Shown here: piece after piece, positions 33,062 to 52,410 of the stretch
Layout: the number at the start of each line of letters is the position of its first letter
Position numbering within the stretch: the stretch's first letter is position 1
Source: the human T2T-CHM13v2.0 reference genome, Homo sapiens
Strand: one strand, 5' to 3'
Length of the DNA: 64,000 bases
Assembly: GCF_009914755.1 (NCBI RefSeq)
Contig: NC_060948.1
Notes under the pieces: generated by a model
Databases searched by the model: none
What the model saw: the letters and a program-made list of their open reading frames with translations, nothing else
What the model was told of the DNA's origin: nothing
Translations under genes and position numbers: made by a program

Positions 33062-35165
33062 AGATCCATATTTTTTAAATGAAAAAAAATTTCAAAGGTA
33101 CTCTGCTTGGTACAATAATCAAATGTATAAACTGAGGAATAAAACATAACCATGAAACCTACTTATAACTGCATATGGAAAATACAGAGGATAATTTTTT
33201 AAATAACATACTTTGAAAGCCTTAACTAGTAATTTGAAGAGTTGGCATTTGAAAGGCCAGTATGAATATACCTTCAAAGCAGCAACACAGGTTCCCCATG
33301 AGAAAAAGCAAACACAGGGAAAATAAAAACACAAAGGTTCAATCTCTTCTGACCTTTGAAAGACACAGCACAGACAGTGGTCCTTAGGACGAAGAGCAGG
33401 AGACCCCTAATTCCGTCACCATGGCGATAGGGCATAAACATTGCTGGGTGAGGGCACAATCCACATTGTGAGGTCCAACTGCTGCCAGGAAGACAGGAGT
33501 GCTTTTACATAGACCGAAAGGTCATTGAAGGCTCAGAGTTTTGTTTCAAGAACAGAATCCCAAGCCCACACGTTATTAGGCTGCGTTTCTTAAAACAAGT
33601 TATGAGATGGGAAAAAGGGCACCCACAAACATACGTATACATTATGTATATAATAATATACAGTGTCATATATATAATATATATAACCTATGTATAATAT
33701 TGTTTTACATCCTGCATCTTATGTTATATATATTGTATAAAATATAATAATTGATAATATATAACTTTTATAATTATACAATATGACATATAGTATATAT
33801 TATAATTTATGACATATATAATATATGTTATATATCATATACAGAATATACTATACGGTTAATATACGTATTAAATATAAATTATACATTATATATATTA
33901 TATATAATATATCTGTTATATATAATACCCGTTATGCATAATATATATATTATGTCTATGTTATATATAGTATAAAACAACATATAATAATATATAATTG
34001 TATATATAAATGCGACATATAATATATATTATATTTTATGACATATGTAATATATATTATATATTATATATAATACGTTGTATGTATAATACCTATATTA
34101 AATATATATTATATGACTATGTTATTAATTACATGTCACATGTGTTATATATTATATATTTTACATAGAATATACCGGTTACATACAATATATACCATGT
34201 TACCTATAATGTATAATTTATTACATGTAAAATAAAGAATGCAATATATTATGTATAATTTATAATATACAATATGTGGAATGTGATATATATAACATAT
34301 AATATATGATATATGATATACAGTATATGATATATAACATACAATATATGATTCCTAATATATATGGTATACAATATATATTTTATGATATGTATTCTAT
34401 ATGTTTTATATTCTGTTATATATAACTATTTGAAATTATATATAACTGTATAATATTTTATGTAAATATGTAATATAATATATATAACTATATAATATAT
34501 TATATATAACTATATATTATGTTATATATACTTTTATAACATAATTTACATAAAATATCATAATATAATATATATTATATTATTTCATATTACATAATAT
34601 ATATTACATATCACCCAATATAACTAACATACATAATATTATAATATAGATTATATTATGTTATATTAAATATCATATATATCATGTATCATATATTCTA
34701 TAATATATATTACACATTATATAATATGTATGTTGTCTATTATGTGATATATATAACTATATATATAATTATATTTTTATACATATAACTAGATAAACAT
34801 GTAATTCTACATATTTTCATTTATAATATGTAGAAGTATATAATCATATATAATTATTTATATTCTATAAAAAATTTTATCATTATACAAATTATAATAT
34901 ATAAAAATTATAATATGTACTACAAATATATATATTATATATCATATATGATATAGTACCTTTGTTATATATCATAATACATATAAATGTGTATTATGTT
35001 ATCTATAATTATATAATTTCATATATAAGATGTATAATATGTATCATATATTATATATGTTATGTAATATATATAGTATATATAAGATGACACAGGATAA
35101 ATATTATATACTATGACATATAAAATATATGAGGTTATATGTTACATATAAGGCATAGCACATAA

Positions 35166-35480
<315 letters not shown>

Positions 35481-37583
35481 AGATCCATATTTTTTAAATG
35501 AAAAAAAATTTCAAAGGTACTCTGCTTGGTACAATAATCAAATGTATAAACTGAGGAATAAAACATAACCATGAAACCTACTTATAACTGCATATGGAAA
35601 ATACAGAGGATAATTTTTTAAATAACATATTTTGAAAGCCTTAACTAGTAATTTGAAGAGTTGGCATTTGAAAGGCCAGTATGAATATACCTTCAAAGCA
35701 GCAACACAGGTTCCCCATGAGAAAAAGCAAACACAGGGAAAATAAAAACACAAAGGTTCAATCTCTTCTGACCTTTGAAAGACACAGCACAGACAGTGGT
35801 CCTTAGGACAAAGAGCAGGAGACCCCTAATTCCGTCACCATGGCGATAGGGCATAAACATTGCTGGGTGAGGGCACAATCCACATTGTGAGGTCCAACTG
35901 CTGCCAGGAAGACAGGAGTGCTTTTACATAGACCGAAAGGTCATTGAAGGCTCAGAGTTTTGTTTCAAGAACTGAATCCCAAGCCCACACGTTATTAGGC
36001 TGCGCTTCTTAAAACAAGTTATGAGATGGGAAAAAGGGCACCCACAAACATACGTATACATTATGTATATAATAATATAGAGTGTCATATATATAATATA
36101 TATAACCTATGTATAATATTGTTTTTACATCCTGCATCTTATGTTATATATATTGTATAAAATATAATAATTGATAATATAATTTTTATAATTATACAAT
36201 ATGACATATAGTATATATTATAATTTATGACATATATAATATATGTTATGTATCATATACAGAATATATTATACGGTTAATATACGTATTAAATATAAAT
36301 TATACATTATATATATTATATATAATATATCTGTTATATATAATACCCGTTATGCATAATATATATATTATGTCTATGTTATATATAGTATAAAACAACA
36401 TATAATAATATATAATTGTATATATAAAATGCGACATATAATATATATTATATTTTATGACATATGCAATATATATTATATATTATCTATAATACGTTGT
36501 ATGTATAATGCCTATATTAAATATATATTATATGACTATGTTATTAATTACATGTCACATGTGTTATATATTATATAATTTACATAGAATATACCGGTTA
36601 CATACAATATATACTATGTTACCTATAATGTATAATTTATTACATGTAAAATAAAGAATGCAATATATTATGTATAATTTATAATATACAATATGTGGAA
36701 TGTGATATATATAACATATAATATATGATATATGATGTACAGTATATGATATATAACATACAATATATGATTCCTAATATATATGGTATACAATATATAT
36801 TTTATGATATGTATTCTATATGTTTTATATTCTGTTATATATAACTATTTGAAATTATATATAACTGTATAATATTTTATGTAAATATGTAATATAATAT
36901 ATATAACTATATAATATATTATATATAACTATATATTATGTTATATATACTTTTATAACATAATTTACATAAAATATCATAATATAATATATATTATATT
37001 ATTTCATATTACATAATATATATTACATATCACCCAATATAACTAACATACATAATATTATAATATAGATTATATTATGTTATATTAAATATCATATATA
37101 TCATGTATCATATATTCTATAATATATATTACACATTATATAATATGTATGTTGTCTATTATGTGATATACATAACTATATATATAATTATATTTTTATA
37201 CATATAACTAGATAAACATGTAATTCTACATATTTTCATTTATAATATGTAGAATTATATAATCATATATAATTATTTATATTCTATAAAAATTTTATCA
37301 TTATATAAATTATAATATATAAAAATTATAATATGTACTACAAATATATATATTATATATCATATATGATATAGTACCCTTGTTATATATCATAATACAT
37401 ATAAATGTTTATTATATTATGTATAATTATATAATTTCATATATAAGATATATAATATGTTTCATATATTATATAAGTTATGTAATATATATAGTATATA
37501 TAAGATGACACAGGATAAATATTATATACTATGACATATAAAATATATGAGGTTATATGTTACATATAAGGCATAGCACATAA

Positions 37584-37898
<315 letters not shown>

Positions 37899-40003
37899 AG
37901 ATCCATATTTTTTAAATGAAAAAAAATTTCAAAGGTACTCTGCTTGGTACAATAATCAAATGTATAAACTGAGGAATAAAACATAACCATGAAACCTACT
38001 TATAACTGCATATGGAAAATACAGAGGATAATTTTTTAAATAACATACTTTGAAAGCCTTAACTAGTAATTTGAAGAGTTGGCATTTGAAAGGCCAGTAT
38101 GAATATACCTTCAAAGCAGCAACACAGGTTCCCCATGAGAAAAAGCAAACACAGGGAAAATAAAAACACAAAGGTTCAATCTCTTCTGACCTTTGAAAGA
38201 CACAGCACAGACAGTGGTCCTTAGGACGAAGAGCAGGAGACCCCTAATTCCGTCACCATGGCGATAGGGCATAAACATTGCTGGGTGAGGGCACAATCCA
38301 CATTGTGAGGTCCAACTGCTGCCAGGAAGACAGGAGTGCTTTTACATAGACCGAAAGGTCATTGAAGGCTCAGAGTTTTGTTTCAAGAACTGAATCCCAA
38401 GCCCACACGTTATTAGGCTGCGCTTCTTTAAACAAGTTATGAGATGGGAAAAAGGGCACCCACAAACATACGTATACATTATGTATATAATAATATACAG
38501 TATCATATATATAATATATATAACCTATGTATAATATTGTTTTACATCCTGCATCTTATGTTATATATATTGTATAAAATATAATAATTGATAATATATA
38601 AGTTTTATAATTATACAATATGACATATAGTATATATTATAATTTATGACATATATAATATATGTTATATGTCATATATAGAATATATTATACGGTTAAC
38701 ATACGTATTAAATATAAATTATACATTATATATATTATATATAATATATCTGTTATATATAATACCCATTATGCATAATATATATATTATGTCTATGTTA
38801 TATATAGTATAAAACAACATATAATAATATATAATTGTATATATAAAATGCGACATATAATATATATTATATTTTATGACATATGTAATATATATTATAT
38901 AGTATATATAATACGTTGTATGTATAATACCTATATTAAATATATATTATATGACTATGTTATTAATTACATGTCACATGTGTTATATATTATTTATTTT
39001 ACATAGAATATACCGGTTACATACAATATATACTATGTTACCTATAATGTATAATTTATTACATGTAAAATAAAGAATGCAATATATTATGTATAATTTA
39101 TAATATACCATATGTGGAATGTGATATATATAACATATAATATATGATATATGATATACAGTATATGATATATAACATACAATATATGATTCCTAATATA
39201 TATGGTATACTATATATATTTTATGATATGTATTCTATATGTTTTATATTCTGTTATATATAACTATTTGAAATTATATATAACTGTATAATATTTTATG
39301 TAAATATGTAATATAATATATATAACTATATAATATATTATATATAACTATATATTATGTTATATATACTTTTATAACATAATTTACCTAAAATATCATA
39401 ATATAATATATATTATATTATTTCATATTACATAATATATATTACATATCACCCAATATAACTAACATACATAATATTATAATATAGATTATATTGTATT
39501 ATATTAAATATCATATATATCATGTATCATATATTCTATAATATATATTACACATTATATAATATGTATGTTGTCTATTATGTGATATATATAACTATAT
39601 ATATAATTATATTTTTATACATATAACTAGATAAACATGTAATTCTACATATTTTCATTTATAATATGTAGAATTATATAATCATATATAAATATTTATA
39701 TTCTATAAAAAATTTTATCTTTATATAAATTATAATATATAAAAATTATAATATGTACTTCAAATATATATATTATATATCATATATGCTATAGTACCTT
39801 TGTTATATATCATAATACATATAAATGTGTATTATGTTATCTATAATTATATAATTTCATATATAAGTTGTATAATATGTATCATATATTATATATGTTA
39901 TGTAATATATATAGTATATATAAGATGACACAGGATAAATATTATATACTATGACATATAAAATATATGAGGTTATATGTTACATATAAGGCATAGCACA
40001 TAA

Positions 40004-40318
<315 letters not shown>

Positions 40319-42416
40319 AGATCCATATTTTTTAAATGAAAAAAAATTTCAAAGGTACTCTGCTTGGTATAATAATCAAATGTATAAACTGAGGAATAAA
40401 ACATAACCATGAAACCTACTTATAACTGCATATGGAAAATACAGAGGATAATTTTTTAAATAACAAATTTTGAAAGCCTTAACTAGTAATTTGAAGAGCT
40501 GGCATTTGAAAGGCCAGTATGAATATACCTTCAAAGCAGCAACACAGGTTCCCCATGAGAAAAAGCAAACACAGGGAAAGTAAAAACACAAAGGTTCAAT
40601 CTCTTCTGACCTTTGAAAGACACAGCACAGACAGTGGTCCTTAGGACGAAGAGCAGGAGACCCCTAATTCCGTCACCATGGCGATAGGGCATAAACATTG
40701 CTGGGTGAGGGCACAATCCACATTGTGAGGTCCAACTGCTGCCAGGAAGACAGGAGTGCTTTTACATAGACCGAAAGGTCATTGAAGGCTCAGAGTTTTG
40801 TTTCAAGAACTGAATCCCAAGCCCACACGTTATTAGGCTGCGCTTCTTAAAACAAGTTATGAGATGGGAAAAAGGGCACCCACAAACATACGTATACATT
40901 ATGTATATAATAATATAGAGTGTCATATATATAATATATATAACCTATGTATAATATTGTTTTACATCCTGCATCTTATGTTATATATATTGTATAAAAT
41001 ATAATAATTGATAATATATAAGTTTTATATTTATACAATATGACATATAGTATATATTATACTTTATGACATATATAATATATGTTATATATCATATATA
41101 GAATATATTATACGGTTAATATACGTATTAAATATAAATTATACATTATATATATTATATATAATATATCTGTTATATATAATACCCATTATGCATAATA
41201 TATATATTATGTCTATGTTATATATAGTATAAAACAACATATAATAATATATAATTGTATATATAAAATGCGACATATAATATATATTATATTTTATAAC
41301 ATATGTAATATATATTATATATAATACGTTGTATGTATAATACCTATATTAAATATATATTATATGACTATGTTATTAATTACATGACACATGTGTTATA
41401 TATTATATATTTTACATAGAATATACCGGTTACATACAATATATACTATGTTACCTATAATGTATAATTTTTTACATGTAAAATAAAGAATGCAATATAT
41501 TATGTAAAATTTATAATATACCATATTTGGAATGTGATATATATAAAATATAATATATGATATATGATATACAGTATATGATATATAACATACAATATAT
41601 GATTCCTAATATATATGGTATACAATATATATTTTATGATATGTATTCTATATGTTTTATATTCTGTTATATATAACTATTTGAAATTATATATAACTGT
41701 ATAATATTTTATGTAAATATGTAATATAATATATATAACTATATAATATATTATATATAACTATATATAATGTTATATATACTTTTATAACATAATTTAC
41801 ATAAAATATCATAATATAATATATATTATATTATTTCATATTACATAATATATATTACATATCACCCAATATAACTAACATACATAATATTATAATATAG
41901 ATTATATTGTGTTATATTAAATATCATATATATCATGTATCATATATTCTATAATATATATTACACATTATATATTATGTATGTTGTCTATTATGTGATA
42001 TATATAACTATATATATAATTATATTTTTATACATATAACTAGATAAACATGTAATTCTACATATTTTCATTTATAATATGTAGAATTATATAATCATAT
42101 ATAATTATTTATATTCTATAAAAAATTTTATCATTATATAAATTATAATATATAAAAATTATAATATGTACTACAAATATATATATTATATATCATATAT
42201 GCAATAGTACCTTTGTTATATATCATAATACATATAAATGTGTATTATGTTATCTATAATTATATAATTTCATATATAAGTTGTATAATATGTAACATAT
42301 ATTATATATGTTATGTAATATATATAGTATATATAAGATGACACAGGATAAATATTATATACTATGACATATAAAATATATGAGGTTATATGTTACATAT
42401 AAGGCATAGCACATAA

Positions 42417-42731
<315 letters not shown>

Positions 42732-44836
42732 AGATCCATATTCTTTAAATGAAAAAAAATTTCAAAGGTACTCTGCTTGGTACAATAATCAAATGTATAA
42801 ACTGAGGAATAAAACATAACCATGAAACCTACTTATAACTGCATATGGAAAATACAGAGGATAATTTTTTAAATAACATATTTTGAAAGCCTTAACTAGT
42901 AATTTGAAGAGCTGGCATTTGAAAGGCCAGTATGAATATACCTTCAAAGCAGCAACACAGGTTCCCCATGAGAAAAAGCAAACACCGGGAAAGTAAAAAC
43001 ACAAAGGTTCAATCTCTTCTGACCTTTGAAAGACACAGCACAGACAGTGGTCCTTAGGACGAAGAGCAGGAGACCCCTAATTCCGTCACCATGGCGATAG
43101 GGCATAAACATTGCTGGGTGAGGGCACAATCCACATTGTGAGGTCCAACTGCTGCCAGGAAGACAGGAGTGCTTTTACATAGACCGAAAGGTCATTGAAG
43201 GCTCAGAGTTTTGTTTCAAGAACTGAATCCCAAGCCCACACGTTATTAGGCTGCGCTTCTTAAAACAAGTTATGAGATGGGAAAAAGGGCACCCACAAAC
43301 ATACGTATACATTATGTATATAATAATATACAGTATCATATATATAATATATATAACCTATGTATAATATTGTTTTACATCCTGCATCTTATGTTATATA
43401 TATTGTATAAAATATAATAATTGATAATATATAAGTTTTATAATTATACAATAAGACATATAGTATATATTATAATTTATGACATATGTATTATATGTTA
43501 TATCTCATATATAGATTATATTATACGGTTAACATACGTATTAAAAATAAATTATACATTATATATATTATATATAATATATCTGTTATTTATAATACCC
43601 ATTATGCATAATATATATATTATGTCTATGTTATATATAGTATAAAACAACATATAATAATATATAATTGTATATATAAAATGCGACATATAATATATAT
43701 TATATTTTATAACATATGTAATATATATTATATATTATATATAATATGTTGTATGTATAATACCTATATTAAATATATATTATATGACTATGTTATTAAT
43801 TACATGTCACATGTGTTATATATTATATATTTTACATAGAATATACCGGTTACATACAACATATACTATGTTACCTATAATGTATAATTTATTACATGTA
43901 AAATAAAGAATGCAATATATTATGTATAATTTATAATATACCATATGTGGAATGTGATATATATAACATATAATATATGATATATGATATACAGTATATG
44001 ATATATAACATACAATATATGATTCCTAATATATATGGTATACAATATATATTTTATGATATGTATTCTATATGTTTTATATTGTGTTATATATAACTAT
44101 TTGAAATTATATATAACTGTATAATATTTTATGTAAATATGTAATATAATATATATAACTATATAATATATTATATATAACTATATATTATATTATATAT
44201 ACTTTTATAACATAATTTACATAAAATATCATAATATAATATATATTATATTATTTCATATTATATAATACATATTACATATCACCCAATATAACTAACA
44301 TACATAATATTATAATATAGATTATATTATGTTATATTAAATATCATATATATCATGTATCATATATTCTATAATATATATTACACATTATATAATATGT
44401 ATGTTGTCTATTATGTGATATATATAACTATATATATAATTATATTTTTATACATATAACTAGATAAACCTGTAATTCTACATATTTTCACTTATAATAT
44501 GTAGAATTATATAATCATATATAATTATTTATATTCTATAAAAAATTTTACCATTATATAAATTATAATATATAAAAATTATAATATGTACTACACATAT
44601 ATATATTATATATCATATATGCTATAGTACCTTTGTTATATATCATAATACATATAAATGTGTATTATGTTATCTATAATTATATAATTTCATATATAAG
44701 TTGTATAATATGTATCATATATTATATATGTTATGTAATATATATAGTATATATAAGATGACACAGGATAAATATTATATACTATGACATATAAAATATA
44801 TGAGGTTATATGTTACATATAAGGCATAGCACATAA

Positions 44837-45151
<315 letters not shown>

Positions 45152-47278
45152 AGATCCATATTTTTTAAATGAAAAGAAATTTCAAAGGTACTCTGCTTGG
45201 TACAATAATCAAATGTATAAACTGAGGAATAAAACATAACCATGAAACCTACTTATAACTGCATATGGAAAATACAGAGGATAATTTTTTAAATAACATA
45301 TTTTGAAAGCCTTAACTAGTAATTTGAAGAGTTGGCATTTGAAAGGCCAGTATGAATATACCTTCAAAGCAGCAACACAGGTTCCCCATGAGAAAAAGCA
45401 AACACAGGGAAAATAAAAACACAAAGGTTCAATCTCTTCTGACCTTTGAAAGACACAGCACAGACAGTGGTCCTTAGGACGAAGAGCAGGAGACCCCTAA
45501 TTCCGTCACCATGGCGATAGGGCATAAACATTGCTGGGTGAGGGCACAATCCACATTGTGAGGTCCAACTGCTGCCAGGAAGACAGGAGTGCTTTTACAT
45601 AGACCGAAAGGTCATTGAAGGCTCAGAGTTTTGTTTCAAGAACTGAATCCCAAGCCCACACGTTATTAGGCTGCGCTTCTTAAAACAAGTTATGAGATGG
45701 GAAAAAGGGCACCCACAAACATACGTATACATTATGTATATAATAATATACAGTATCATATATATAATATATATAAGCTATGTATAATATTGTTTTACAT
45801 CCTGCATCTTATGTTCTATATATTGTATAAAATATAATAATTGATAATATATAAGTTTTATAATTATACAATATGACATATAGTATATATTATAATTTAT
45901 GACATATATAATATATGTTATATGTCATATATAGAATATATTATACGGTTAAAATACGTATTAAATATAAATTATACATTATATATATTATATATAATAT
46001 ATCTGTTATATATAATACCCATTATGCTTAATATATATATTATGTCTATGTTATATATAGTATAAAACAACATATAATAATATATAATTGTATATATAAA
46101 ATGCGACATATAATATATATTATATTTTATAACATATGTAATATATATTATATATTATATATAATACGTTGTATGTATAATACCTATATTAAATATATAT
46201 TATATGACTATGTTATTAATTACATGTCACATGTGTTATATATTATATATTTTACATAGAATATACCGGTTGCATACAATATATACTATGTTACCTATAA
46301 TGTATAATTTATTACCTGTAAAATAAAGATTGCAATATATTATGTAAAATTTATAATATACCATATGTGGAATGTCATATATATAACATATAATATATGA
46401 TATATGATATACAGTATATGATATATAACATACAATATATGATTCCTAATATATATGGTATACAATATATATTTTATGATATGTATTCTATATGTTTTAT
46501 ATTCTGTTATATATAACTATTTGAAATTATATATAACTGTATAATATTTTATGTAAATATGTAATATAATATATATAATATATAATATATTATATATAAC
46601 TATATATTATGCTATATATACTTTTATAACATAATTTACATAAAATATCATAATATAATATATATTATATTATTTCATATTACATAATATATATTACATA
46701 TCACCCAATATAACTAACATACATAATATTATAATATAGATTATATTGTGTTATATTAAATATCATATATATCATGTATCATATATTCTATAATATATAT
46801 TACACATTATATAATATGTATGTTGTCTATTATGTGATATATATAACTATATATATAATTATATTTTTATACATATAACTAGATAAACATGTAATTCTAC
46901 ATATTTTCATTTATAATATGTAGAATTATATAATCATATATAATTATTTATATTCTATAAAAAATTTTATCATTATATAAATTATAATATATAAAAATTA
47001 TAATATGTACTACAAATATATATATTATATATCATATATGATATAGTACCTTTGTTATATATCATAATACATATAAATGTGTATTATGTTATCTATAATT
47101 ATATAATTTCATATATAAGATGTATAATATGTATCATATATTATATATGTTATGTAATATATATAGTATATATAAGATGACACAGGATAAATATTATATA
47201 CTATGACATATAAAATATATGAGGTTATATGTTACATATAAGGCATAGCACATAACATGTAATATATATCATATATAA

Positions 47279-47570
47279 TTTTTTTTTAGACAGAATCTTG
47301 TCCTGTTGCACAGGGAGGGGTACAATGGCGCCATCTTTGCTCACTGCAACTTCTGCCTCACGGGTCCAAGCGATTGTCCTCCCTCAGCCTCCCAGGTAGC
47401 TGGGACTACACCACACTGGGACTACACCAGCTGCCACCATGCCTAGCTAATTTTTTGGATTTTTAGTAGTGACAGCGTTTCACTGTATTGGCCAGGATGG
47501 TCTTGATCTCTTCACCTTGTGATCCCCTTGCCTTGGCCTCCAAATTTGCTGGGATTACAGGCCTGAGCCA
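47279..47570 (-). mobile_element. Alu copy, unit 20
   Basis: Near-identical to unit 1 Alu. Confidence 0.93.
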
Positions 47571-49675
47571 AGATCCATATTTTTTAAATGAAAAAAAATT
47601 TCAAAGGTACTCTGCTTGGTACAATAATCAAATGTATAAACTGAGGAATAAAACATAACCATGAAACCTACTTATAACTGCATATGGAAAATACAGAGGA
47701 TAATTTTTTAAATAACATACTTTGAAAGCCTTAACTAGTAATTTGAAGAGTTGGCATTTGAAAGGCCAGTATGAATATACCTTCAAAGCAGCAACACAGG
47801 TTCCCCATGAGAAAAAGCAAACACAGGGAAAATAAAAACACAAAGGTTCAATCTCTTCTGACCTTTGAAAGACACAGCACAGACAGTGGTCCTTAGGACG
47901 AAGAGCAGGAGACCCCTAATTCCGTCACCATGGCGATAGGGCATAAACATTGCTGGGTGAGGGCACAATCCACATTGTGAGGTCCAACTGCTGCCAGGAA
48001 GACAGGAGTGCTTTTACATAGACCGAAAGGTCATTGAAGGCTCAGAGTTTTGTTTCAAGAACTGAATCCCAAGCCCACACGTTATTAGGCTGCGCTTCTT
48101 AAAACAAGTTATGAGATGGGAAAAAGGGCACCCACAAACATACGTATACATTATGTATATAATAATATACAGTATCATATATATAATATATATAACCTAT
48201 GTATAATATTGTTTTACATCCTGCATCTTATGTTATATATATTGTATAAAATATAATAATTGATAATATATAAGTTTTATAATTATACAATATGACATAT
48301 AGTATATATTATAATTTATGACATATATAATATATGTTATATGTCATATATAGAATATATTATACGGTTAACATACGTATTAAATATAAATTATACATTA
48401 TATATATTATATATAATATATCTGTTATATATAATACCCATTATGCATAATATATATATTATGTCTATGTTATATATAGTATAAAACAACATATAATAAT
48501 ATATAATTGTATATATAAAATGCGACATATAATATATATTATATTTTATAACATATGTAATATATATTATATATTATATATAATACGTTGTATGTATAAT
48601 ACCTATATTAAATATATATTATATGACTATGTTATTAATTACATGTCACATGTGTTATATATTATATATTTTACATAGAATATACCGGTTACATACAATA
48701 TATACTATGTTACCTATAATGTATAATTTATTACCTGTAAAATAAAGAATGCAATATATTATGTATAATTTATAATATACAATATGTGGAATGTGATATA
48801 TGTAACATATAATATATGATATATGATATACAGTATATGATATATAACATACAATATATGATTCCTAATATATATGGTATACAATATATATTTTATGATA
48901 TGTATTCTATATGTTTTATATTCTGTTATATATAACTATTTGAAATTATATATAACTGTATAATATTTTATGTAAATATGTAATATAATATATATAACTA
49001 TATAATATATTATATATAACTATATATTATGTTATATATACTTTTATAACATAATTTACATAAAATATCATAATATAATATATATTATATTATTTCATAT
49101 TACATAATATATATTACATATCACCCAATACAACTAACATACATAATATTATAATATAGATTATATTGTGTTATATTAAATATCATATATATCATGTATC
49201 ATATATTCTATAATATATATTACACATTATATAATATGTATGTTGTCTATTATGTGATATATATAACTATATATATAATTATATTTTTATACATATAACT
49301 AGATAAACATGTAATTCTACATATTTTCATTTATAATATGTAGAAGTATATAATCATATATAATTATTTATATTCTATAAAAAATTTTATCATTATACAA
49401 ATTATAATATATAAAAATTATAATATGTACTACAAATATATATATTATATATCATATATGATATAGTACCTTTGTTATATATCATAATACATATAAATGT
49501 GTATTATGTTATCTATAATTATATAATTTCATATATAAGATGTATAATATGTATCATATATTATATATGTTATGTAATATATATAGTATATATAAGATGA
49601 CACAGGATAAATATTATATACTATGACATATAAAATATATGAGGTTATATGTTACATATAAGGCATAGCACATAA

Positions 49676-49990
<315 letters not shown>

Positions 49991-52118
49991 AGATCCATAT
50001 TTTTTAAATGAAAAAAAATTTCAAAGGTACTCTGCTTGGTACAATAATCAAATGTATAAACTGAGGAATAAAACATAACCATGAAACCTACTTATAACTG
50101 CATATGGAAAATACAGAGGATAATTTTTTAAATAACATATTTTGAAAGCCTTAACTAGTAATTTGAAGAGTTGGCATTTGAAAGGCCAGTATGAATATAC
50201 CTTCAAAGCAGCAACACAGGTTCCCCATGAGAAAAAGCAAACACAGGGAAAATAAAAACACAAAGGTTCAATCTCTTCTGACCTTTGAAAGACACAGCAC
50301 AGACAGTGGTCCTTAGGACGAAGAGCAGGAGACCCCTAATTCCGTCACCATGGCGATAGGGCATAAACATTGCTGGGTGAGGGCACAATCCACATTGTGA
50401 GGTCCAACTGCTGCCAGGAAGACAGGAGTGCTTTTACATAGACCGAAAGGTCATTGAAGGCTCAGAGTTTTGTTTCAAGAACTGAATCCCAAGCCCACAC
50501 GTTATTAGGCTGCGCTTCTTAAAACAAGTTATGAGATGGGAAAAAGGGCACCCACAAACATACGTATACATTATGTATATAATAATATACAGTATCATAT
50601 ATATAATATATATAACCTATGTATAATATTGTTTTACATCCTGCATCTTATGTTATATATATTGTATAAAATATAATAATTGATAATATATAAGTTTTAT
50701 AATTATACAATATGACATATAGTATATATTATAATTTATGACATATATAATATATGTTATATGTCATATATAGAATATATTATACGGTTAACATACGTAT
50801 TAAATATAAATTATACATTATATATATTATATATAATATATCTGTTATATATAATACCCATTATGCATAATATATATATTATGTCTATGTTATATATAGT
50901 ATAAAACAACATATAATAATATATAATTGTATATATAAAATGCGACATATAATATATATTATATTTTATAACATATGTAATATATATTATATATTATATA
51001 TAATACGTTGTATGTATAATACCTATATTAAATATATATTATATGACTATGTTATTAATTACATGTCACATGTGTTATATATTATATATTTTACATAGAA
51101 TATACCGGTTACATACAATATATACTATGTTACCTATAATGTATAATTTATTACCTGTAAAATAAAGAATGCAATATATTATGTATAATTTATAATATAC
51201 AATATGTGGAATGTGATATATGTAACATATAATATATGATATATGATATACAGTATATGATATATAACATACAATATATGATTCCTAATATATATGGTAT
51301 ACAATATATATTTTATGATATGTATTCTATATGTTTTATATTCTGTTATATATAACTATTTGAAATTATATATAACTGTATAATATTTTATGTAAATATG
51401 TAATATAATATATATAACTATATAATATATTATATATAACTATATATTATGTTATATATACTTTTATAACATAATTTACATAAAATATCATAATATAATA
51501 TATATTATATTATTTCATATTACATAATATATATTACATATCACCCAATATAACTAACATACATAATATTATAATATAGATTATATTGTGTTATATTAAA
51601 TATCATATATATCATGTATCATATATTCTATAATATATATTACACATTATATAATATGTATGTTGTCTATTATGTGATATATATAACTATATATATAATT
51701 ATATTTTTATACATATAACTGGATAAACATGTAATTCTACATATTTTCATTTATAATATGTAGAATTATATAATCATATATAATTTTTTATATTCTATAA
51801 AAAATTTTATCATTTTATAAATTATAATATATAAAAATTATAATATGTACTACAAATATATATATTATATATCATATATGATATAGTACCTTTGTTATAT
51901 ATCATAATACATATAAATGTGTATTATGTTATCTATAATTATATAATTTCATATATAAGATGTATAATATGTATCATATATTATATATGTTATGTAATAT
52001 ATATAGTATATATAAGATGACACAGGATAAATATTATATACTATGACATATAAAATATATGAGGTTATATGTTACATATAAGGCATAGCACATAACATGT
52101 AATATATATCATATATAA

Positions 52119-52410
52119 TTTTTTTTTAGACAGAATCTTGTCCTGTTGCACAGCGTGGGGTACAATGGCGCCATCTTTGCTCACTGCAACTTCTGCCTCA
52201 CGGGTCCAAGCGATTGTCCTCCCTCAGCCTCCCAGGTAGCTGGGACTACACCACACTGGGACTACACCAGCTGCCACCATGCCTAGCTAATTTTTTGGAT
52301 TTTTAGTAGTGACAGCGTTTCACTGTATTGGCCAGGATGGTCTTGATCTCTTCACCTTGTGATCCCCTTGCCTTGGCCTCCAAATTTGCTGGGATTACAG
52401 GCCTGAGCCA
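52119..52410 (-). mobile_element. Alu copy, unit 22
   Basis: Near-identical to unit 1 Alu. Confidence 0.93.

Noticed and set aside
43421-43645. 74-aa I/Y-rich plus-strand ORF
   Set aside because: Translation of TA low-complexity DNA, opened by chance through the local mutation cluster.
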